Source: an uncultured Actinomycetes bacterium
GTDB taxonomy: Bacteria > Actinomycetota > Thermoleophilia > Gaiellales > JAICJC01
Assembly: GCA_963796875.1 (NCBI GenBank)
Contig: CAWCNL010000004.1
Coordinates: forward strand, 302,204 to 366,203
Length of the DNA: 64,000 bases
Reading direction: 5' to 3'
This document shows, one piece after another, positions 11,316-20,476 of the stretch. A program made the position numbers and the translations under genes. How positions within the stretch are numbered: the stretch's first letter is position 1; each line of letters begins with the position of its first letter. The notes beneath the pieces are model-generated. The model was not told where the DNA came from. It did not search any database and worked only from the letters and a program-made list of their open reading frames with translations.

Positions 11316-11793
11316 ATGGGTACCAGAGTGGTTGCCATGCTGGCAGTCGCCGGAGCCGCGCTCGTCGTTCTCGGCGGCATCGCCTACGCCGGGTCGTGGG
11401 GCGGCGGCGGCCTCAAGCATCCGACCGTGATCCACGTGATCGAGCGACCCATCACCGATCAGGTGATCGACATCGGTGCAACCGGCGACTCGCCGGGCGA
11501 CCAGCTGCCGTTCGCCAACCCGATCTACAACTGCGAACAACACCAAGAAGGTCGGCTCCGATCAGGGCAACTGCGTGCGTGCAAGCGCCACGCAGGGCCG
11601 CTGGGAGTGCATGTGGACGACCTTCCTGGCCGGTGGCCAGATCACCGTCGAGGGGCCGTTCCTGGACGCGAAGGCGACCACCAGGCTCGCCATCACCGGC
11701 GGCACCGGCCACTTCTCCAACGCCCGCGGGCAGATGATCCTGCACACGCGCAGCGACGGCAACTTCGACTTCGTGTTCGAGCTGCAGCCGTAG
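11316..11793 (+). CDS. Secreted allene oxide cyclase/dirigent-like beta-barrel protein (frameshift near 11535)
   Basis: Signal-like N-terminus; GDSPGDQLPFANPIY, G.C.R, GQITVEGPF and LAITGGTG.F..ARG. Confidence 0.75.
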
Positions 11794-11801
11794 CCCTCCG
11801 A

Positions 11802-11835
11802 GGCTCGGGGCGGCCCATCCGGGTTGCCCCGAGCC
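11802..11835 (+). terminator. GC-rich hairpin, probable terminator
   Basis: ggctcggggcggccc-atcc-gggttgccccgagcc just after the stop codon; no U-tract. Confidence 0.5.
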
Positions 11836-11866
11836 GCGGCAGTGGGCTGGATAAGATCACGCTCCG

Positions 11867-13094
11867 GTGCCACAGACGTTCGTCAATTGGGTCGGAAACC
11901 AGCGCTGCGAGGTCTCACGGTTGCTCTCGCCCGGCGACGAGGCCGGCGTGCTCGCGGCGGTCAACCAGGCGATCGCCGACCGCCAGAACATCCGCGTGGT
12001 GGGCGCGCGGCACTCGTTCTCGCCGGTGCACGTGACCTCCGGAACGGTGATCGACATCTCGAAGTTTGCCGGGATCACGAGCATCGACGCGGGCCAAAAG
12101 CGCGTGCGCGCGCGGCCCGGCACGCAGGTGGGAGCGTTCGGCGCGCCGCTCTGGGACGCGGGGCTGGGGCTCGCCAACCAGGGCGATGTCGACACCCAGT
12201 GCATCAGCGGTGCGATCGGTACCGCCACGCACGGATCGGGCGTTCACCAGCGCAGTTTCTCGGCCGCGGTGCGCAGCTGCCGTCTGGTCACCGCCACCGG
12301 CGAGGTGATCGTGATCGACGAGTCCACGCCCGATCTGCTTGGCGGCCGCGCAGGTGTCGATCGGCATGCTCGGCGTGATCACCGAGGTCGAACTCGCGGT
12401 GGTGCCGCGCTACCAGCTCGAGCAGCGCATCGAGACCTGGCCGTTCGAGCGGCTACTGGAGGAATGGGACGATCGGATCGCCCGGCATCGCCACTTCTCG
12501 TGCTTCTGGTGCCCGGTGCCCGAGTCGGCCGGCATGTACGGCCTCGAGCTGGATGCCGCCGCGCCACAGGGCGACGTGTGCTGGGTAAAGACGCTCGACG
12601 AGGTGGACGAGAGTGTCGCGCAGCAGAGCGGCCCCACCCACGCCGTCGACCGCAGCTACCGGCTCTACCCGATCCAGAGCCTCGAGCCGAACTTCCACGA
12701 GCTGGAGTACTTCGTGCAGCTCGACCAGGCCCGCGAGGCGATGCTCGCCATGCGCGAGCTGATGCTCAGTTCACAGCCCGACGCCGTCTTTCCGCTCGAG
12801 CTGCGCACGGTCGCCGCCGACACCGCGTACCTATCGCCGCAGTACGACACGGCCACGCTGGTGTTGAGCGTCTCGGGCAAGCCGGGCACCGATTACTGGG
12901 ACTATCTGCGATCCGTCGACACCCTTCTGGGCGGGGAGTTCGGCGCCCGGGTGCACTGGGGAAAGCTGCACTTCCTGACCGCCGCGCAGCTGCACGAGCG
13001 CTACCCCGCCGCGCAGCAGTTCATCGACGTGCGCCGCCGCCTGGATCCCTCCGGGGTGTTTCTCAACGACCACCTGCGCCCCCTGTTCGCCTAG
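11867..13094 (+). CDS. FAD-linked oxidase, aldonolactone oxidase (ALO)-like (frameshift near 12340)
   Basis: NWVGNQ, RVVGARHSFSP, IGTATHGSG, FPLELR and RVHWGK. Confidence 0.88.
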
Positions 13095-13275
13095 TGAGTT
13101 CTTTTCAGCATGATCGGCTGTTGCGGCTGGTTCGCGCCGGCGGTGGCGGCGTCCCACGCCGCGTGCGGTGCTCAACGTGCACTCCGTGCACGCCTGCGCT
13201 CCGCTCACAGCTCGATCCTTGCCACCACCACCGCGCCCTGCGCCTCACGACGCCGCCCATGCTGAAAGGAACTCA
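13095..13275. mobile_element. MITE-like element, 181 bp with 18-bp terminal inverted repeats
   Basis: tgagttcttttcagcatg (13095-13112) vs catgctgaaaggaactca (13258-13275), one mismatch; internal hairpin acgtgcac-tcc-gtgcacgc. Confidence 0.6.
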
Positions 13276-14333
13276 GTGCGCTTCGACCGGATGATCACCG
13301 CAGTCGATGTGCACGCCGGCGGCGAGCCCGGCCGGGTCATCACCGGCGGGCCTGCCCGCCATCCCCGGCCAGACGATGTTCGCCAAGATGGAGCACCTGC
13401 GCGATCACGAGGACTGGCTGCGCAAGGTGATGCTGCGCGAGCCGCGCGGCTATCCGGCGCTGTGCTGCAACGTCATCCTGCCGCCCACGGTTCCCGAGGC
13501 GCACGCCGGCTACGTGATCATGGAGCAGGTCGAGTACCCGCCCATGTCGGGCTCGAACACCATCTGCGTGGTGACCGTGCTGATCGAGACCGGCATGGTC
13601 CCGGTCACCGAACCCGTCACCGAGCTCATGCTCGAAACGCCGGCCGGGGTGATCGGGGTGCAGGCCGGCGTGCGCGGCGGCAAGTGCGAGAGCGTCACCT
13701 TCCGCAACGTGCCCGCCTATGCCGCCCATCTCGACCAGACGATCGAGGTGCCCGAGCTGGGGTCGGTGAGCGTGGATGTGGCCTGGGGCGGCATGTTCTA
13801 CGTGCTGGCCGACGCGACCCGGTTCGGGTTTGCGTTGACGCCCGACGAGGGCGCCGACATCACCCGGGTGACCGAGATGCTGAAGGCCGCGGCCGCCGAG
13901 CAGCTGCCCGTCACCCATCCCGAGAATCCCGCCATCAGCGGGGTCACGATCGGCCAGCTGTACGGCCCGGCGCACGAGCCCGGCTCGACTCGCCGAAACG
14001 CGGTGACGGTCTCGACCGGTGCGTTCGACTGGGATCGGCCCGCCACCTGGACCGGCGTGCTCGACCGCTCGCCGTGTGGCACCGGCACGTGTGCGGCGAT
14101 GGCGGTGCTGCACGCCAAGGGACAGCTGGCGGTCGGCGCGGAATTCCGCCACGAGAGCATCATCGGAAGCGTCTTCACCGGCCGGATCATCGAGCGAAAC
14201 CACGCTCGGCGGCCGGCCCGCGATCGTCCCCACCATCACCGGCAGCGGCTGGATCACGGGCATCGCGCAGTACGTCATCGATCCCACCGACCCGTTCCCC
14301 GAGGGGTTCACGGTCGGCGACCTCTGGGCCTGA
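13276..14333 (+). CDS. Proline racemase superfamily protein (frameshifted)
   Basis: DVHAGGEPGRV, LREPRG, PMSGSN, VDVAWGG, DRSPCGTGT and DPFPEGF. Confidence 0.9.
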
Positions 14334-14337
14334 GCGG

Positions 14338-15326
14338 TTGGCGGCACCGCTCACCCTCACCCGCGAGCAGATCCTGGCCTTCCGGCGTCGCTCGAGCGCG
14401 CTTGACCGGCGCCTGCCCCACGGGCACGAATCGCTGCGAGCTGGCGGCCTGGGCGGGACTGCAGGACAGCATGCCGCGGGCGGCGCTGCTCTCGATCCAC
14501 GCCCGCGTGGAGGGAGCCGAGCCCACCAGCTGGGCGCACGAGTCGTTCGTGCAGGTGTGGGGGCCTCGCTACAGCACCTATGTGATCGCCGCGCAGGACA
14601 TCGCGGTGTTCACGCTCAGCCGGCTGCCCGAGGAGGGAACCAGGGCCCGCGCCCGGGCCGAGCATATGGCGGCGCTGATCCGCGGTGAGCCCGGCGACCC
14701 GCCGGCGGACTCCTACGCGCTGCGCTACGCCACATCAACCGGAACGGTGCTGATCCACTGGGACGGCGCCCGCCGCCCCACGCTGCGGTCGGTGCCGCCA
14801 CCCGATGTCGATCCGTTTGCCGCGCGGCTCGAGCTGGCGCGCCGCTACCTGCACGTGTTCGGCCCCGCGAGTGTGGCGTCGTTTGAGCAGTGGGCGGGCA
14901 TCGGCAAGAAGCAGGCGGCAACGGCGTTCGCCTCGCTCGCCGACGAGCTGACCGCGGCGCGCACACCGATCGGCGAGGGGTACGTGCTGAGCGCCGACGA
15001 ACCCGAGCTGCGCCGCGCCTCCGGCCCCGAATCGGCGGTGCGGTTTCTGCCCAGCGGCGATACCTACTTCCTGCTGCAGGGCGCCGACCGCGAGCTGCTG
15101 GTGCCCGCCGCCCGGCGACGCGACGAGCTCTGGACACCGCGCGTGTGGCCCGGGGCGCTGCTGGTCGACGGCGAGATCCGCGGAGTCTGGCGCCGTGCGC
15201 ACCACGCGGTCACGATCGACGCCTGGGGGCGGCTCGGGGCGGAAACCCGCGCGGCGATCGAGGCGGAGGCGGCAACGCTGCCGCTGCCCGGGCCTCACCC
15301 GGGACATCACCGTGGAGTATGCATAA
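14338..15326 (+). CDS. Winged-helix HTH_42/AlkZ-like DNA glycosylase family protein (frameshifted)
   Basis: AGLQDS.PR.ALLS..AR, RRYL..FGPA, RFLP..D.Y and LLVDGEI.G.WRR; probable stop is the TAA inside the repeat arm. Confidence 0.75.
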
Positions 15327-15415
15327 AGGGGTCAGCCACCTTTTGTGCATCAGTAACGTTTGCCGCAACTCTCGGCGCCCGCCCATGCACAAAAGGTGGC
15401 TGACCCCTTTATGCA
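15320..15415. repeat. REPIN-like inverted doublet (GGGGTCAGCCAC arms)
   Basis: Perfect 31-bp inverted arms at 15320-15350 and 15385-15415 around a 34-bp spacer. Confidence 0.92.
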
Positions 15416-16150
15416 CCGGCGATGCCCAGACCCACCACCCAGTCGAAGGTTGACCGTACATGGGCCTGCATCGCGGCGCGGGCTGCGGCGGCGTCAGCGT
15501 CGCGCAGCGCGGCCAGGATCGGATCGTGCCCGCCGGCCGACAGGCGCCGGGCGCGCACCGACTCGGGCACCGCCGCGAGCACGTGCCCGAGCTCATTCTG
15601 GATCGCGATCTCGGCCGCCACCAGCCGCGCATTCTGGGCCGCCGCCGCGATGCTGACGTGAAACCGGCTGTCGGCGAGCCGATAGCTCTCGAAGCTCTCA
15701 CCGCTCGCATCGACCTCCGCCGCCAACTGCTCCAGCTCGACCAGCCGCGGTGGTTCGATGCGCTCTGCGGCGAGCGCCGCGGCCTCACCGGACACCGCGC
15801 GGCGCCAATCGGTCAGCTCCTGCAGCGCCGCGCGGCCGGGCAGCCTTCCGCGCGCGCCGAGCGCGTCGACCACTCCCATCGAGACGAACGTGCCCCCGTG
15901 CTTACCGCGGCGCGTCTCGACCAGCCCCGCTTCGCGCAGGATCGCGATCGCCTGGCGCAGGGTCATCGGAGCGACCGCCAGCCTGCCCGCCAGCTCGACC
16001 TCGCTGGGCAACTGCTCGCCCGGCAAGCAGCACGCCGCTGCCGATCGCCTCGCCGATGCGGCGCACGATCAGTTCGCTCGCATTGGGCGCCTCGAGCGGT
16101 GCGAACGCCTGAGCGCGGGGTGACGCCGTCCAGATTTGCGTTGACGCCAT
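15409..16150 (-). CDS. GntR/FadR family regulator (frameshift near 16030)
   Basis: LPSEVELA..L.V...TLRQA...L...GLVETRRG..GG, followed by an FCD domain (DSRFH). Confidence 0.88.
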
Positions 16151-16171
16151 AACCTCTATCCGTTAGAGTTT
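16151..16171. promoter_or_regulatory. Candidate operator between gntR and P450
   Basis: CTCTA-N5-TAGAG palindrome in the short divergent intergenic region. Confidence 0.4.
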
Positions 16172-16202
16172 AGCGCATTACCTTCTCCGGGAGGCTACCA
16201 CG

Positions 16203-17402
16203 ATGCACGCGACGATCCCCTATTTCGACATCTCCGACCCCGCCTTTTCGGCGTCGTCGGCCGAGGTCACCGCCGCCCGGGAGCAGAGCTGGTATGCCCG
16301 CACCAACTTCGGGATCGCGGTGCTGCGCCACGAGGAGGTGAGCACACTTCTGAAGGATCGCCGGCTGCGCCAGGGAAGCTTCGCGTGGCCGGCCCAGAAC
16401 GGCATCGCCGACGGGCTTCTGGCCGAATGGTGGTCGGAGATCATGCTGAGCAAGGAGGGCGACGACCACCGGCGCCTGCGAAAGCTGGGTAACCCCGCGT
16501 TCTCGCGAACGCTGATCGAGCGGATGGTGCCCGAGTTCCAGACACTCGCCGACGAGCTGATCGACGAGTTCGGCGCGGCCGGCCGGTGCGAGTTCGTCTC
16601 GGCGTTCGCCGAGCCCTACGCCGCGCGCGTGCTGTGCAAGCTGGTGGGCATGGACGAGGCCAACTGGCTCGACCTGGCGCGCTGGTCGACCGACCTCGGA
16701 CTCGCCTTCGGCGTCACCATTCGCGACGACCTGGAGCGCATCGAGACCGCACTTCAGCATCTGTACGACGTCTCGGACGAGCTGATCGCCCAGCGCCGCC
16801 GCACGCCCGGCGACGACGTTGTCTCCAATCTCGTCCTGGCCCACGACGCCGCCGACGGCCGGCTGAGCGACATCGAGCTGCGCGCGATGGTGTCGCTGAT
16901 CATCTTCGGCGGCATGGACACGACCAAGAACCAGCTGGGTCTGGCCATGCAGCTGTTCACCGAGCACCCCGAGCAGGCCGAGCTCCTGGCCCGCCGGCCC
17001 GAACTGGCCGCAAACGCCGTGGAGGAGGTGATCCGCTGGAACCCCACGGTGATGTGGGCCACCCGCCGCGCCGTCGCCGACATCGAGCTGAACGGCGTCG
17101 AGATTCCCACGGGCACCACGGTGCATCTGCTGTCCTATCCGGCGAACACCGATCCGCTGGCGATCGGCGCGGGCGAGTTCGACATCACCGCAGAGCGGCG
17201 CGCCCACTTCGGCTTTGGCGGCGGCGCTCACCACTGCATCGGCCACTGGCTGGCGCGCATCGACATGCGCGAGGCGCTACCGCTGGTCGCCCGCCGGCTC
17301 GCCCACCCGCGGTTCGCCCGCGATCCGGTGCTGCGGCCGGTATCGGGACTCACCGGGCTGGTTGAGCTGGACATCGAATTCGACCCGGAGGTGGCCGCAT
17401 GA
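16203..17402 (+). CDS. Cytochrome P450
   Basis: I-helix FGGMDTT, EEVIR (ExxR) and heme motif FGGGAHHCIG. Confidence 0.95.
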   Translation: MHATIPYFDISDPAFSASSAEVTAAREQSWYARTNFGIAVLRHEEVSTLLKDRRLRQGSFAWPAQNGIADGLLAEWWSEIMLSKEGDDHRRLRKLGNPAFSRTLIERMVPEFQTLADELIDEFGAAGRCEFVSAFAEPYAARVLCKLVGMDEANWLDLARWSTDLGLAFGVTIRDDLERIETALQHLYDVSDELIAQRRRTPGDDVVSNLVLAHDAADGRLSDIELRAMVSLIIFGGMDTTKNQLGLAMQLFTEHPEQAELLARRPELAANAVEEVIRWNPTVMWATRRAVADIELNGVEIPTGTTVHLLSYPANTDPLAIGAGEFDITAERRAHFGFGGGAHHCIGHWLARIDMREALPLVARRLAHPRFARDPVLRPVSGLTGLVELDIEFDPEVAA

Positions 17403-17587
17403 AGGTGATCGTGAATGCCCACACGTGCGAGCACCACGGTCAGTGCGAGATCGTCTGCCCCGAGGTGTTCACGCTGGTCTCGGCCGAGAAGCTCGAGTAC
17501 GTGGCCGACCCGGATGAGTCGCTGCGCGAGGATATCGAGGCGGCCGTCGACGCCTGTCCGACGATCTCGATCTCGATCGAGGACTGA
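17399..17587 (+). CDS. Ferredoxin (3Fe-4S type), P450 partner
   Basis: CEHHGQC...CPEVF...ACP; ATGA overlap with the P450 gene. Confidence 0.92.
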   Translation: MKVIVNAHTCEHHGQCEIVCPEVFTLVSAEKLEYVADPDESLREDIEAAVDACPTISISIED

Positions 17588-17642
17588 CCAGCGCCGATTT
17601 GGGAATATCCTGGCGGAGCACCCACCGACAGGAGCACCTCAA

Positions 17643-18287
17643 ATGAGCGGATTTCACGTTGCGACCCTGGAGCAGATCGACGAACTCGACGACGGCCGCG
17701 TCCCCATGCGGCCCGTGCGCATGCACCTGGGCATCACCGCCTTCGGCGCGAATGCCTTCACCGCGCCCAACAGCGGTGATCGCCTGATCAACGAGCACAC
17801 CGAGGACGACGAGCGGCACGAGGAGTTGTACGTCGTTCTGAGCGGGCGCGCCCGGTTCGAGATCGACGGGCAAAGCGTGGACGCGCCCGCCGGCACCTAC
17901 GTGTACGTCGAACCCGCCCCCAGCCGCACGGCCTTTGCCGAGGAGCCGAATACGACGATCCTCGCCGTGGGCGGCACGCAGGGCGAGGCGTACCGCGACA
18001 GCGGCTGGGAGACCTGGATGGCGCTGCGGCAGCTGTACGACGCAGGCAGGTTTGACGAGGTGGCCGACCGGGCCGAGCAGATGATGGCCGGTATGAGCCA
18101 GCCCGCCCCCGCGTTTCTCTACAACGTCGCGTGCGCCGAGAGCCTGGCCGGCCGCAAGGCCGACGCGATCGGCCACCTGCGCCAGGCGATCGAGCAGGAG
18201 CCGAAGGTGCGCAACTACATCGACGGCGACACCGACCTCGACCCGCTGCGCGACGAACCGGAGTTCAAAGCTCTGCTCAGTGCATAA
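17643..18287 (+). CDS. Cupin-domain protein with C-terminal TPR
   Basis: EHTE...HEELYVVLSG.A.F cupin motif; LYNVACAESLAG...D.DLDPLR TPR-like end. Confidence 0.8.
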   Translation: MSGFHVATLEQIDELDDGRVPMRPVRMHLGITAFGANAFTAPNSGDRLINEHTEDDERHEELYVVLSGRARFEIDGQSVDAPAGTYVYVEPAPSRTAFAEEPNTTILAVGGTQGEAYRDSGWETWMALRQLYDAGRFDEVADRAEQMMAGMSQPAPAFLYNVACAESLAGRKADAIGHLRQAIEQEPKVRNYIDGDTDLDPLRDEPEFKALLSA

Positions 18288-18376
18288 AAGGGGACAGTCC
18301 CCTTTTATGCATGGACAACGCTCAGGGTTTCAACCAACGTAACGGATGCATAAAAGGGGACTGTCCCCTTTTATGC
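18281..18376. repeat. REPIN-like inverted doublet (GGGGACAGTCCCC arms)
   Basis: tgcataaaaggggacagtccccttttatgca(t), 33-bp spacer, then atgcataaaaggggactgtccccttttatgc. Confidence 0.92.
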
Positions 18377-18637
18377 GCCGCCGCTGATCGCAGCGATGAT
18401 GTCGACCCGCGAGCCGGCCGAGAGCGGAGCGTCCAGATCGGCGCGCTCCTGGTCGACGTAGACGTTGATGTGCTTGCGCAGCGCCGGGCCCGGCTCGCAC
18501 AGCCGGTCGCCCAACCCGGGCCAGCGCGTGTCCAGCTCCCTGATCGCTGCGGCCACCGTCCCGGCCTCGACGGTCACCGTGCGCGGCAGGTCGGCAAATA
18601 CCTTCGGCAGTGTGGGTGGCAGGTGAACCTGAGCCAT
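18371..18637 (-). CDS. MoaD/ThiS family ubiquitin-like protein
   Basis: 88 aa; INVYVD and C-terminal AISGGA. Confidence 0.88.
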   Translation of the reverse strand: MAQVHLPPTLPKVFADLPRTVTVEAGTVAAAIRELDTRWPGLGDRLCEPGPALRKHINVYVDQERADLDAPLSAGSRVDIIAAISGGA

Positions 18638-18639
18638 CG

Positions 18640-19728
18640 CTACCCCACGGTCGCCACGTGCACCGACGACGCAGCCGGCAGGTACCCGGCGATCTGGGCC
18701 CACTGCTCGCCCTCGTCGGCGCTCGCAAACACCTGGCCGGTGCTCGTCGCGAAATAGAGGCCGGGCGTGTCGAGACTGTCGATCGCCATCCCTTCGCGCA
18801 GCACACCGATATGCGCGTCGCGGCTGGGTAATCCCTGGTCAAAGCGCCGCCAGGTGGCGCCCGCATCGGACGTGCGCCACACCGCCGCACGGCCGTCCGG
18901 CATGCAGCGGTTGTGGCCGGGATCGAGCGGGATCACATAGAAGCTGTCGCGGTCGTGCGGATGGGCCGCGGCGGCGAACCCAAAGTCGCACGGCAGTCCA
19001 TCGGTGATCTCGATCCAGGCCCGGCCGCCGTCGTCGCTGCGATACATGCCGCAGTGGTTCTGCTGGTACATGCGGTCGGCATCGACGGGCGAGCGCACCA
19101 GCTTGTGCACGCAGTAGCCGACCTCGCCCTCGTTACCGGGGATGGGAGACCGCAGGCCGCGGTTGCGTGGCGTCCACGTGCCGCCGCCGTCCTCGGTCTC
19201 GAACGCGCCGAACCCCTGCACGATCACCCAGTAGTGCTCGGGCCCCGAGGGGTGGGCCATGATCGCCGACATCCCCAGGTGGCCCGGCGGCTGGTTTCCC
19301 GGGACGTTCCAATCGTCCCGGCCGGGCTGGTCGTCCAGCGTGCTGATCAGCGACCATGTGGCACCGGCATCCCGGCTCTCGAACACACCGGCCGCCTCGG
19401 CGCCCACCCGCACGCGGCCCTGCGCCGCACTCAGCCCGCTCAGCCTGGAAAGCTTCAGATCGCCGCCGTCGCCATAGCCGAGTCCTTCGCTGGAGAGCGT
19501 CCAGGTCTCGCCCAGGTCGGCGCTGCGCCACACCCCGGCGCCGTGCCACTCGCTGGAAGCCGACGCATAGATCGTCTGCGTCTCGGTATCGAACACTGCA
19601 TTGAACACGCCCCAGCCGTCGCAGAACGGACCGCGGATGCGCCAGTCTCGGCGGCTCTCGTCTCCGTCGAGGATGAAGAGCCCCTTGCGCGTACCGACCA
19701 AAAGCACCAGCCGAGCACCCATCAACAT
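18640..19728 (-). CDS. BNR/Asp-box beta-propeller protein
   Basis: VGTRKGLF, repeated S.D.G.TW Asp boxes, CVHKL and QQNHCG. Confidence 0.85.
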   Translation of the reverse strand: MLMGARLVLLVGTRKGLFILDGDESRRDWRIRGPFCDGWGVFNAVFDTETQTIYASASSEWHGAGVWRSADLGETWTLSSEGLGYGDGGDLKLSRLSGLSAAQGRVRVGAEAAGVFESRDAGATWSLISTLDDQPGRDDWNVPGNQPPGHLGMSAIMAHPSGPEHYWVIVQGFGAFETEDGGGTWTPRNRGLRSPIPGNEGEVGYCVHKLVRSPVDADRMYQQNHCGMYRSDDGGRAWIEITDGLPCDFGFAAAAHPHDRDSFYVIPLDPGHNRCMPDGRAAVWRTSDAGATWRRFDQGLPSRDAHIGVLREGMAIDSLDTPGLYFATSTGQVFASADEGEQWAQIAGYLPAASSVHVATVG

Positions 19729-19928
19729 GCACCTCCCAGATGCCATTGGAGGGGCCAGCCTAGACCTGCCCGCCGGCCGCATCGAGACGGTATGGACGTT
19801 TCGGTGCACACCACCACGGCGGTTCGACCAGACTCGCCTATGCATGCCTCCACACCCACGAACAACTCAGCGCGAAAGACGTGTGGAATCACCTATGCAG
19901 CGCACACTCACGGCCGTGCCCGGCGCTA

Positions 19929-19946
19929 TGTAAAAACGTCCTTACA
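19929..19946. promoter_or_regulatory. Palindromic candidate transcription-factor site
   Basis: TGTAAaaacgtccTTACA in the divergent region upstream of coxS. Confidence 0.4.
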
Positions 19947-20002
19947 GGGAATTTCGCACGGCTCTACGCTTGCGTTCTCAACCGCTTGGAAAGGAACTGC
20001 CG

Positions 20003-20476
20003 GTGGCATCGTTGGTCAGTCTCACCGTGAACGGGGCCGAGCGCAGTGCCGAGGTCGAACCTCGCACACTGCTGGTCCATCTGCTGCGCGAACAGCTCAA
20101 CCTCACAGGCACGCATGTCGGCTGCGATACCTCCAACTGCGGAGCCTGCACCGTGTGGCTCGACGGCGCGGCCGTCAAGTCGTGCACCGTGCTGGCAGTC
20201 CAGGCCGAGGGCGCCGAGGTGACCACCATCGAGGGCATCGGAAAGACCGGCGCTCCACATCCGATGCAGACCGCATTCCACGAACAGCACGGCCTGCAGT
20301 GCGGCTACTGCACGCCGGGCATGGTGATGTCGGCGATCAAGCTGCTCGAGGAGAATCCCGACCCGACCGACGACGAGATCCGCGTGGGGCTCGAGGGCAA
20401 CCTGTGCCGCTGCACCGGATACCAGAACATCGTGGCCGCCGTCCGCGCCGCGGCAGCCCAGGGGGTGACGGCATGA
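20003..20476 (+). CDS. coxS: Molybdenum hydroxylase small 2Fe-2S subunit (form II Cox-like)
   Basis: [20 protein letters not shown] and GNLCRCTGY. Confidence 0.92.
   Translation: MASLVSLTVNGAERSAEVEPRTLLVHLLREQLNLTGTHVGCDTSNCGACTVWLDGAAVKSCTVLAVQAEGAEVTTIEGIGKTGAPHPMQTAFHEQHGLQCGYCTPGMVMSAIKLLEENPDPTDDEIRVGLEGNLCRCTGYQNIVAAVRAAAAQGVTA

Noticed and set aside
13307-15403. Apparent proline racemase-DNA glycosylase fusion
   Set aside because: Created by frameshifts; the racemase C-terminus (DPFPEGF) ends at 14333 in another frame.
18281-18376. Repeat-spacer-repeat resembling a mini CRISPR array (also 15320, 25821, 51001, 61979 and 43008-43117)
   Set aside because: Arms are inverted (central cag vs ctg), there are only two per locus, spacers are homologous between loci, and no cas genes are present.
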